A stretch of DNA of 63,166 nucleotides from contig JAADCV010000100.1 in the NCBI GenBank assembly GCA_013154235.1, forward strand, positions 1 through 63,166, read 5' to 3'. The translations under genes were made by a program, and so were the position numbers. Positions 1 to 7,608 of the stretch are shown piece by piece. The notes beneath the pieces were generated by a model. That model was not told the origin of the DNA, made no database searches, and saw only the letters and a program-made list of their open reading frames with translations. Within the stretch, counting starts at the first letter, position 1. Every line of letters starts with the position of its first letter. The DNA is from Thermoproteota archaeon. GTDB lineage: Archaea; Thermoproteota; Thermoprotei_A; Sulfolobales; Ignisphaeraceae.

Positions 1-504
1 ATAAGGAGGAGGTTCGACGAGCTTAGAGCTAAGCTAGACTCCGTTAGCTACTGGAAGAAGCTTCGCGAGATACTACCTATTTTGGAGAGGGGCGATACTG
101 TTGGAGCTGTCGCTATCGATCGCGAGGGTAACTTGGCTGCAGCTGCTAGCACTGGGGGTGTATGGCTCAAGCTCCCTGGTAGGGTAGGCGACTCGCCTAT
201 CTATGGAGCTGGGTTCTACGCTACCAGCAACTGCGCTGTGTGCGCTACAGGACTAGGCGAGACGATAGTTAAGGCGATGGCTTGCCTCAGCGTAGCGCGC
301 GCAGTCGATGCTGGCTCTAGTGTAGAGAAAGCATGTAGAGACGTTGTCGAGGCTCATAGTCGTAGGTTTGGCTCTGGAACCATAGGGCTGCTAGCTATGG
401 ATAGGGAAGGCAGGGCTGTTGCTGTGCATAACACGGAGTACATGCCCTTTGCGTGGCGTTCCGAGGAAAAAGTTGTTGTGTCTATGAAGGGGCTGAAGGT
501 CTAG
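1..504 (+). CDS. Isoaspartyl peptidase / plant-type L-asparaginase (Ntn hydrolase), 3' part; 5' end outside window
   Basis: Frame open from nt 1 to the stop at 504. GDTVGAVAID..LAAAASTGG..KLPGRVGDSPIYGAGFYA matches the Thr-nucleophile segment of this family. Confidence 0.85.
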   Translation: MRRRFDELRAKLDSVSYWKKLREILPILERGDTVGAVAIDREGNLAAAASTGGVWLKLPGRVGDSPIYGAGFYATSNCAVCATGLGETIVKAMACLSVARAVDAGSSVEKACRDVVEAHSRRFGSGTIGLLAMDREGRAVAVHNTEYMPFAWRSEEKVVVSMKGLKV

Positions 505-1205
505 AGCTCCTCCTCAACCTTCTCCATTGGTTTTGCCTGCACGGTCTCCCTGATCCTATTTATGAGCTTGAGCGCTTCCTCGTAGCTAACATGTGTTGCG
601 GTCTGTATCACGGTGGATAGCGCTCTCTTTATAGCGTCCTCAATGCTTTGACCTGGCTGGATCTCGAGCTTCACCTTCTCGAATATTGCAGGCGTAGGCT
701 CGATCACGGCACCCCTCTTTAGGACAGCTAGGGTCTCGTTCACTGGAGTAACTATAACAGCACCGACCTCCCTATCGCCTAGGAGCACCTCGTAAACCAC
801 GTCTCCGTCAAAGGTCTCTCCAAGCTTCCTAAGGCTGTACTCAACAGCTGCTGTAGAAACCTCAGCAGCCTTAGCCACGAACTCCTTAACTACTTTATCT
901 ACCTCCTCCTGCGGTATCCTCCTAAATGCTTCGATCTGCAGCGTTTCCCATTTCCATCTTATCTCCTTGTTCTCCTCGTCTATCTCGTACTCTATCCTAA
1001 CCCTAACCACATCTCCCTTATCTATCTTGAGCTGCTCGACTAGGATCGTGTAGAGTAGCCTATTGAGCTGGGCAGCGGCGTAGGCTACCCGCTGCGCCCA
1101 GGATTTATCTCTACGAACATAGTCTCTCATCTGCGCGAATAGCGTCCTACGGATCTTGTCTGCGTACGCACCCGCTATAACGAGCCCTGAGCTCAGTAGA
1201 GGCAT
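501..1205 (-). CDS. Conserved archaeal hypothetical protein, 234 aa
   Basis: Long ORF with ATG start and coding-like composition, tail-to-tail with the asparaginase gene. No motif I can name with certainty. Confidence 0.6.
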   Translation of the reverse strand: MPLLSSGLVIAGAYADKIRRTLFAQMRDYVRRDKSWAQRVAYAAAQLNRLLYTILVEQLKIDKGDVVRVRIEYEIDEENKEIRWKWETLQIEAFRRIPQEEVDKVVKEFVAKAAEVSTAAVEYSLRKLGETFDGDVVYEVLLGDREVGAVIVTPVNETLAVLKRGAVIEPTPAIFEKVKLEIQPGQSIEDAIKRALSTVIQTATHVSYEEALKLINRIRETVQAKPMEKVEEEL

Positions 1206-1331
1206 TCTAACCCCCTTATTCGACTCTAACTACTGTCTCCTACACCTATATAGATTACCTTTGGGTAGCGCGTGAGGTAGCGATATAGAGCCTATATCTT
1301 GCTCTAGCAACGTATCGGTGAGGTAAACATC

Positions 1332-2156
1332 ATGGCTAGCGCAGAGGATGAGCTGAGGAAGCTAGCTGCGGATCGGCGTAGGGGATCGTGGGAGCTGCTG
1401 AAGTCTGTTATAGATGTTCTTAGCGCTGCCTGCAAGAGTGGCGAGTATCTAGATGCGGATAGAGTTAGCAAGCTGGTTGCAGCCATTAATCCAGCGATGC
1501 AGGCTCTCCAGGCTTTAGCTAGCGCTATCTCTAGGTCTCGAGACGTGTGCTCAACTATCGATAGGTGGCGGAGCTACATGACTACAGCTCGCCGCAAGCT
1601 CGTTGAGAACGCCACACACTTCCTAAAGCCCTCGATTGTCACGACAATCAGTAGGAGTAGCGCAGTACTGGACTACCTGCTTAGAGCTAAGCCAGCTAAG
1701 GTCATACTGCTGGAGTCTAGGCCCGGCGAGGAGTCTATAGATGTAGCGAGATCGCTATCATCGCACGGGATCGATGTTGAGGTTGTTCCTGACTCGTGCA
1801 TGGCTAGAGCGGTGGAGCGAAGCGAGGCTGTTGTCATAGGTGCTGACGCTATCACCATCCATGGCGAGATTCTTAACAAGGTTGGGTCGCGTCCGCTAGC
1901 TATGGTTGCTCGCTGCCTATCGAGGCCATTCATAGTACTAGCGGAGAGCCTAAAGATTAGTAAGTCGAGCTGTCGGGAGCTCGAGAAGCTAGTTAGATGG
2001 AGAGTCGCCACAGCGTGGGGAGAGACCTCCGTAGAGGTGTTCGAATGCGTCGAGCCTAAGTACATTAGCTACATCGTTACTGAGGCTAGCGTTATCAAGC
2101 CGTTTAAGGAGATGATCGAGCTCGTTGCCAACGAGCTAGCTGAGAGGCTTGGCTAG
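1332..2156 (+). CDS. eIF-2B alpha/beta/delta-like family protein (initiation factor 2B-related / sugar-phosphate isomerase family)
   Basis: VILLESRPGEES..GIDVEVVPDS..VVIGADAI..G.ILNKVGS..LA is the typical IF-2B family C-terminal Rossmann-like core. Confidence 0.7.
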   Translation: MASAEDELRKLAADRRRGSWELLKSVIDVLSAACKSGEYLDADRVSKLVAAINPAMQALQALASAISRSRDVCSTIDRWRSYMTTARRKLVENATHFLKPSIVTTISRSSAVLDYLLRAKPAKVILLESRPGEESIDVARSLSSHGIDVEVVPDSCMARAVERSEAVVIGADAITIHGEILNKVGSRPLAMVARCLSRPFIVLAESLKISKSSCRELEKLVRWRVATAWGETSVEVFECVEPKYISYIVTEASVIKPFKEMIELVANELAERLG

Positions 2157-2160
2157 ATCC

Positions 2161-3387
2161 ATGAAGAGGCCGAGCTTCATAATTCCATCGCTGTACAGCG
2201 CCTCGATAGCTATAGCTAACATGGGCTCTACCCTAAAGATAATAGAGTTAGGGGGTGGCACACAGCTAGTAGGCCTCTCGTATCTGCTATACAACATTGG
2301 GTTCACGATATCTTCGTGGACCCTCCCATACGTGTTCCGGGGCTCCTCGAGGAAGTCAATGCTATGCATGTGTCTAGGACTGCTATCAGCTACGTTCCTC
2401 GGGATCGCCTTAGCCCCTAACGCGTGGCTTGTAGTAGCGCTTCAGCTTCCCTACGGCTTCATAGCATCCTTCACGTCCTCCGTCCAAACATCGATTTTCG
2501 TTGAGCTCGTGCGTTGCAAGCACCGTGGAGTATACACAATGTATCTCTTCGGAGGGCTTGGATTCGCTGCTGGCGGGGTAGCTGGCGGTATTGCTAGAAG
2601 GCTCCTACCGCTATCTAACGTCATAATGCTATCGTCTCTCTTCACGGCCACGGCCTCGGTAATGGCTATAGCGTTCCTACCCCCAACGCTAGGTGTTGTG
2701 GAGGCCTCTAAGGTTGTAGCTGAGAGAGGGATGCTAGCTGTAGTCGTTGAGAAGGCTAGGCTCCTATACATGTTATTCGTCAAGCCTAGAGCGTGCTTAC
2801 CTAAGGCGCTGAGGTTGGCCTTCGGACGCACCATACCTCTATTCCTTCTAGCGAGCTCCACTGTCTACGTTGCGATAATGATGTTCTTCTCGGCGTTCCC
2901 CGTGTATCTAAGGCGCGTCGCTAAGCTTCCCGAGTCGCTTATGATGGTGCTGCCAGCGGTTTCGGGCTCGACCTCCACAGCCATATACGCTATAATGTCT
3001 AGGCGCGACATAGAGTACACAAAGCTCTGGAGGGCTCACATACTAGCGCTCTTCGCAAGATCAATCCTATTCGCATCACCTATATTCATAGGCTACGCGC
3101 TTAGCAACCCAGCTGCAGCGCTATCGTTCTACTTCTTCGTTGGTCTTACGTGGGCCTTCATAGGGAGCGTTCAAAGCAACGTGATGGTTCATCTAGCTGA
3201 GCCCGCTAGAAGAGAAGAGAGGCTAGGACACTTGAACGCAGCGATAAGCATGGGCAGCATAGTCGGCTCCCTAGCAGCGTCGAGTCTAAGCGGCTTAGGA
3301 TTCAACCCTATCTTTGCTGCAGCTTCATGCATAATAGCTATAGCGGCAGCCCTAAACATAGCAGCTCTAAGAACTATCGCTAGGTGA
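2161..3387 (+). CDS. MFS-type membrane transporter
   Basis: About 400 aa, roughly 12 hydrophobic segments. ATG at 2161 chosen over the TTG at 2149 used by the ORF track. Confidence 0.65.
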   Translation: MKRPSFIIPSLYSASIAIANMGSTLKIIELGGGTQLVGLSYLLYNIGFTISSWTLPYVFRGSSRKSMLCMCLGLLSATFLGIALAPNAWLVVALQLPYGFIASFTSSVQTSIFVELVRCKHRGVYTMYLFGGLGFAAGGVAGGIARRLLPLSNVIMLSSLFTATASVMAIAFLPPTLGVVEASKVVAERGMLAVVVEKARLLYMLFVKPRACLPKALRLAFGRTIPLFLLASSTVYVAIMMFFSAFPVYLRRVAKLPESLMMVLPAVSGSTSTAIYAIMSRRDIEYTKLWRAHILALFARSILFASPIFIGYALSNPAAALSFYFFVGLTWAFIGSVQSNVMVHLAEPARREERLGHLNAAISMGSIVGSLAASSLSGLGFNPIFAAASCIIAIAAALNIAALRTIAR

Positions 3388-3389
3388 GC

Positions 3390-3440
3390 TCAGTGGGTAA
3401 CCGCTTCATCACAAGCTCAAGTCCCCGAAAAACTCATCAT
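3390..3440 (-). ncRNA. C/D box sRNA candidate 1
   Basis: Minus strand 5'->3': C AUGAUGA (3440-3434), 13-nt guide, D' UUGA (3420-3417), 4-nt spacer, C' GUGAUGA (3412-3406), 12-nt guide, D CUGA (3393-3390). Box C contains the UGA stop of the DtxR-like gene. Confidence 0.65.
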
Positions 3441-4096
3441 CGCCTACAGCACCTAATGATCCTCGCGAGCTCGTAATCTACACACGCCTTTTCACCGCTT
3501 GAAGCGATCTCTACCTCTATGCACTCCTCGTTCTTACCTACAACCAGCAGCTCGGACCCTACACCTATGCCTAACCTCTTCGCACGCTCGATAAGTCTCT
3601 CGCTAACAAAGCATAGCACCCTACTCACTATACAGTGCTCCCCTACCCTCATGCACGATAGAGGATCATCATTGATCGTCTCGATGTTACTCGAATCAGG
3701 ACTAGGAATAGGGTTCCCGTGCGGACACCTCTCGGGCCTTCCAAGATAGTTGTAGAGCCTGTAGAAGAACTCGTCAGGCATGTGCTCCAGCATATGAGCT
3801 AGCTTGTGGCACTGCACCTCATCGAATCCAAGCACTTTGTGTAGGAACACCTCGGCTACCCTATGCCTCCATATCACCTTCCTAGCTATGTTCAAGCCCT
3901 TAGGCGCTAGTCTAAAGCCTCTGTAGGGCTCCCAAACAAGGTAACCCTCTCTAGCTAGCCTCTGCAGAACCTTTGTCACGGTAGCTGGGGTGACCCCAAG
4001 TATCTTAGCAATGCTGCTTGTTCTAGCTACCCCATACAGCTCCTCTAGCCTAAGTACCGCAACCAGGTAGTCCTCGAGTACGCTACCTCCTTTCAT
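3437..4096 (-). CDS. DtxR/MntR-family metal-dependent repressor with C-terminal FeoA/SH3-like domain
   Basis: N-terminal wHTH (EDYLVAVLRLEE..ARTSSIAKILGVTPATVTKVLQRLAREGYL), metal-site region (HMLEHMP..CPHGNPI), FeoA-like tail. ATG 4096 chosen; divergent from feoB. Confidence 0.85.
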   Translation of the reverse strand: MKGGSVLEDYLVAVLRLEELYGVARTSSIAKILGVTPATVTKVLQRLAREGYLVWEPYRGFRLAPKGLNIARKVIWRHRVAEVFLHKVLGFDEVQCHKLAHMLEHMPDEFFYRLYNYLGRPERCPHGNPIPSPDSSNIETINDDPLSCMRVGEHCIVSRVLCFVSERLIERAKRLGIGVGSELLVVGKNEECIEVEIASSGEKACVDYELARIIRCCRR

Positions 4097-4102
4097 ATCA
4101 AT

Positions 4103-4124
4103 AAGTTTAGACGCACCTAACCTT
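4103..4124. promoter_or_regulatory. Candidate DtxR-type operator (imperfect inverted repeat AAGTTTAG-N6-CTAACCTT)
   Basis: Arms match in 7 of 8 positions. Lies in the 68-nt divergent spacer and overlaps the feoB TATA-like TTATATAC (4123-4130) by 2 nt. Confidence 0.5.
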
Positions 4125-4164
4125 ATATACTTTGCCACGCACCAGACCACGGGCCGCCAGAGCT

Positions 4165-6276
4165 ATGCTAGAGCTCAGCAACTCCTGGGAAAAGCTAAGG
4201 AAGTGCAAGCGCATCGCAGCATTAGCTGGCCAGCCCAACGTCGGCAAATCAACGCTCTTCACGAGGATAACGGGAGAGATAGCCCACGTGGGAAACTTCC
4301 CCGGAACAACCGTCGAGATAAGCGTGGGGATCGCGCATGTAGATGGAGACGAAATCTGCGTAATCGATCTCCCTGGAACCTACGGTCTATCAGCCTCGAC
4401 TGAAGAGGAGCGTGTCGCTAAGAGAATCCTTCTTAGCGGTCTCCCTCAGGTGACTATAGTGGTGGTCGACGGTATCAGCATCGAGAGAACGCTCTATCTA
4501 GCTATCCAGATTCTGGAAATGTTCCCACGTGTAGTCGTAGCGCTCAACAAGTGGGATGTGCTTCACAAGAAGGGGGTTCATATCAATATCGAGAAGCTCG
4601 CTAGGTACCTAGGGTCCCCGGTTATACCTGTATCCGCCATAACTGGCGAAGGGGTTAGGGCTCTCCTCTTAGAAGCTCTAAAGGAGATGAATAGGGTTCC
4701 CCGGAAGCCTCTTGAGGTAGATTATGGTCCTCTAGAGAGGTTCGTCAGGGAGCTCGAGGACGTTGTTAGCAAGCTAAATCTCTACCCTTCTGCGAGCCCT
4801 AGATGGATTGCTATAGCGATACTGGAGGGAGACGAGGATGTTGCTAACGATTTGCGTAGAGCTAGCGAGAATCTGTATAGAGAGGTTATTGCAATTGTTG
4901 AGAGAGCTAGAAAGGAACTTGGCGCGAACCTACCCGAGGTCATCGCTAGACAGCGCTACGCATTGGCGGAGAGAATCGTTAGGGATTGCGTTGTTAGAGT
5001 CGAGGTTAAGGAGAGCGCGTTTCCAGCTATAGACAGAGCTTTTCTCAACCCTGTTATAGGTCCGATCCTATCGGTTGCGCTTCTAGCTACAGTATTCTTC
5101 GCGGTGTTCTCAATAAACACAGGCTACCCCCTAGTGTTGATACTTAGACACGTTGGTGCATCGAGTGCAGCTGAAGCTCTGGAGAGCTATAGCTTATCTG
5201 GACTCGTAGGAGAGGCGTTCCGCATCCTAAGCGCGTACACAGCTAGCTCGCTGAAACACGTATGCGGCTCAGCGTGCTCAAACCTGATAGCGTACGGTGT
5301 CGTAGGCGGTGTAGGGGTAGTAGTTAGCTTTCTACCTCTAGTCTTCACAATAATGGTCGTGCTAGCTGCCCTCGAGGACTCTGGCCTAGGCCCTAGAATG
5401 GCTTCATCGCTACACAGCCTCTTCAGCGCCTTCGGGTTATCGGGACGCGCTGTCTACCCTATGCTAACAGCGTTTGGATGCAATGTTCCTGCCGTGCTAG
5501 CGTCTAGGGCTGCCATAGATCCCGTGGAGAGAGTTGAGATAGCCATGAGCATAGCGTTCATTCCATGCCAAGCAAGGCTCGTTGTTCTGGCTGCGTTCGT
5601 AACGTTCATATTCTCTTCGTCACCATCGCTCCAGGCAGTAGCAATGGTATCTGTCCTCCTGGGAGGCGTCTTGCTGTACCTTGCGACAGCTAAGCTCGTA
5701 AGAGTGCTGCATCGCGCATCGCCATCTCCAGAGCTCCTCCTAGAGATACCACCGATACACAGACCCTCGTTGAGGGTGATATGGTGGAACTCGTGGGAGC
5801 AAACAAAGCACTTCCTAAAGAAAGCAGGTGTTCTAATATTTGCGCTAAGCGTGGTCTCGTGGATACTCCTCCACTTCGGCTCTATGGGATACGTCGGCGA
5901 TTTGATAGAGAGGAGCTTCGCTGCGAATCTAGGGAAATTCCTAGCGCCACTCTTTGCCACGATATACGGGTTACCCCCATCTTCAGCGTGGAAAATGGGG
6001 TTCGCCACGATCGTAGGCTTCTTCGCTAAGGAGGGTATCCTCGCAGTCTTCGCGCAGCTAGGGAAGGGAAGCATAGCTGCAGCCATAGGAATGAACTCAA
6101 GGCAAGCGTTTGCAGCTCTACTCTTCTTTATGTATTACCTACCATGTCTAGCTACAGCGGTAGTGATGCACCAAGAGCTTGGGAGCATTAAAAAGACTGT
6201 TGCAGCTGTAGCCTACATGATTGGGATTGCTCTAGCTATCTCAGCTGCAGCCTACGCAGTACTTAGGTTTCTATAG
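4165..6276 (+). CDS. feoB: Ferrous iron transporter FeoB
   Basis: G-domain motifs GQPNVGKSTLF, DLPGTY, NKWD followed by a polytopic membrane domain. ATG 4165 is about 35 nt downstream of the TATA-like box. Confidence 0.9.
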   Translation: MLELSNSWEKLRKCKRIAALAGQPNVGKSTLFTRITGEIAHVGNFPGTTVEISVGIAHVDGDEICVIDLPGTYGLSASTEEERVAKRILLSGLPQVTIVVVDGISIERTLYLAIQILEMFPRVVVALNKWDVLHKKGVHINIEKLARYLGSPVIPVSAITGEGVRALLLEALKEMNRVPRKPLEVDYGPLERFVRELEDVVSKLNLYPSASPRWIAIAILEGDEDVANDLRRASENLYREVIAIVERARKELGANLPEVIARQRYALAERIVRDCVVRVEVKESAFPAIDRAFLNPVIGPILSVALLATVFFAVFSINTGYPLVLILRHVGASSAAEALESYSLSGLVGEAFRILSAYTASSLKHVCGSACSNLIAYGVVGGVGVVVSFLPLVFTIMVVLAALEDSGLGPRMASSLHSLFSAFGLSGRAVYPMLTAFGCNVPAVLASRAAIDPVERVEIAMSIAFIPCQARLVVLAAFVTFIFSSSPSLQAVAMVSVLLGGVLLYLATAKLVRVLHRASPSPELLLEIPPIHRPSLRVIWWNSWEQTKHFLKKAGVLIFALSVVSWILLHFGSMGYVGDLIERSFAANLGKFLAPLFATIYGLPPSSAWKMGFATIVGFFAKEGILAVFAQLGKGSIAAAIGMNSRQAFAALLFFMYYLPCLATAVVMHQELGSIKKTVAAVAYMIGIALAISAAAYAVLRFL

Positions 6277-6639
6277 AGATGACTTTCTCTTCAACATCTC
6301 CTCTAGCTCCTTTATCCTCTCCTCCACGCTTCTAAGCTCCTCTTGAAGCTCCTTCAGATCCTCTTCTAGAGCCTTCTTGTACTCCTTCAGCATCTCTAGC
6401 TCCTCCTCTGGAGTTGGGGGCGGAGGAGGCGGTCCGTAGTACATTGGCGGAGGGTAGTACGCAGGATACGGGTAGTAGGGTTGCTGAGGCGCTTGGTACT
6501 GCTGCGGCTGCGACTGCTGTGAGGGTTGCTGTGGATACTGCTGCGGATACTGCGGAGGGTACTGGGGGTAAGGTGGTGGGGGAGGTGGCGGAGGAGGCAT
6601 CCAGTACCTAAACCTTCTCCACCATCCAAACCATGCCAC
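6271..6639 (-). CDS. Low-complexity protein: Trp/Arg N-terminus, Pro9 plus P/Q/Y tract, C-terminal coiled coil (DUF5320-like)
   Basis: GTG start preceded by GGTGA-N6. MAWFGWWRRFRYWMPPPPPPPPPYPQYPPQY... then EEELEMLKEYKKALEEDLKELQEELRSVEERIKELEEML. Confidence 0.6.
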   Translation of the reverse strand: MAWFGWWRRFRYWMPPPPPPPPPYPQYPPQYPQQYPQQPSQQSQPQQYQAPQQPYYPYPAYYPPPMYYGPPPPPPTPEEELEMLKEYKKALEEDLKELQEELRSVEERIKELEEMLKRKSSL

Positions 6640-6650
6640 GCTCCATCACC

Positions 6651-6887
6651 TCACTTAGGTACTTCTACTCTAGCACTCTCTAGAGTCTTTAGGGCTGTCT
6701 CAAAGGCTCTCCTCCATGTTTCTATCACAGCTCTATAGAGCTCTATCGTCACCGCGTAGTAGTATGGCACTAGCATCCACTGCATCGCCACGTACATCAT
6801 TGCCATTGGATCGTAAGGCGGCGGCGCTAGATATGGGTAGTAGGGGTATGGGTATGGCGGGTAGGGCGCGTAGTATGGGTAGCTCAC
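6651..6887 (-). CDS. Low-complexity protein: Tyr/Pro-rich N-terminus plus aromatic helical C-terminal half
   Basis: GTG start 4 nt after the upstream stop, GGTGG 7 nt upstream. MSYPYYAPYPPYPYPYYPYLAPPPYDP... Confidence 0.5.
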   Translation of the reverse strand: MSYPYYAPYPPYPYPYYPYLAPPPYDPMAMMYVAMQWMLVPYYYAVTIELYRAVIETWRRAFETALKTLESARVEVPK

Positions 6888-6891
6888 GGTC

Positions 6892-7164
6892 TTACCACCA
6901 TGGGTACGGGTAGTAGGGATACGGTGGATAGTACGGTGCTCTTAGCGGAGGTAGCCAGGGATAGGGGTAGTAGCTCCATCTAGCTACCCATCCTGGGGCC
7001 CCGAATAGCCACCAGCACGCTCCCCTACCGTAGAGCCATCCCGGCCTCATCCACGGTGGTAGGTGGCTCCAGGGACCTCTTCCTGGCCATGGTCCACTCC
7101 ATCCCCATCTGTATCCTCTTCCCCATCCTCCTCTCCAGCCCCATCCGAAGGGTATCCACGCCAT
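6892..7164 (-). CDS. Low-complexity protein: Trp/Gly/Arg-rich N-terminus, Tyr/Pro-rich C-terminus (DUF5320-like N-terminus)
   Basis: ATG 7164 preceded by GGTGA-N5. MAWIPFGWGWRGGWGRGYRWGW...YYPPYPYYPYPWW. The ORF-track start at 7275 would overlap the DUF134 gene and is rejected. Confidence 0.55.
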   Translation of the reverse strand: MAWIPFGWGWRGGWGRGYRWGWSGPWPGRGPWSHLPPWMRPGWLYGRGACWWLFGAPGWVARWSYYPYPWLPPLRAPYYPPYPYYPYPWW

Positions 7165-7197
7165 TTCTCTCACCGTTTCTGTGCTACTGCTCAGAAA

Positions 7198-7205
7198 CTT
7201 ATATG
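7198..7205 (-). promoter_or_regulatory. TATA-like box (CATATAAG on minus strand) upstream of the low-complexity ORFs
   Basis: AAAAACATATAAGTT in the 76-nt spacer, about 34 nt upstream of ATG 7164. Confidence 0.35.
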
Positions 7206-7240
7206 TTTTTCTGTCATGAATCCTAAGCAGTTTCACAGAA

Positions 7241-7591
7241 TCATTTCTCGCGAGACTGAATCGAGGGAATGACAATGGGCCTCATCTCTACAAGAGCTTG
7301 CACAAGCTTCTTGCGGGCGCTATCAAGCATTCTCCAAAGCGTTCCTCTAGAAACGTTCATTCTTCTCGCTGCCTCCTCCTGAGTCAATCCCTCTAGATAC
7401 ACGAGCCTAAGGGCTTCAAGTTCATCGGGCATTATGTACACAGGCTCCTTTTGAATTGGTTTTCCACTACTGTCTATCGGTATGAAAGTGGCGCCACCGA
7501 TCTCGAACCATATGAACCTAGGCTTAGGTCTTCTGCCTGGTCCTTGCCTCCCCCAGCACCACCTCCATGGTGGCCCCCTGGCCTCTCCCAA
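7241..7591 (-). CDS. DUF134-family putative DNA-binding protein (sigma-70 region-4-like HTH)
   Basis: GRRPKPRFIWFE..F.P.. then DELEALRLVYLEGLTQEEAARRMNVSRGTLWRMLDSARKK. TTG start; W/R/G-rich N-terminal extension. Confidence 0.75.
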   Translation of the reverse strand: MGEARGPPWRWCWGRQGPGRRPKPRFIWFEIGGATFIPIDSSGKPIQKEPVYIMPDELEALRLVYLEGLTQEEAARRMNVSRGTLWRMLDSARKKLVQALVEMRPIVIPSIQSREK

Positions 7592-7608
7592 GGCTCTCGA
7601 TCCTAGTC

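Noticed and set aside
6396-7272. Multiple overlapping ORFs in several frames and on both strands across the low-complexity region (6396-6629, 6414-6611, 6526-6738, 6716-6913, 7063-7272).
   Set aside because: They are by-products of the repetitive CCN/TAC-rich DNA. Only the three minus-strand ORFs have SD-like motifs, sensible starts and head-to-tail spacing.
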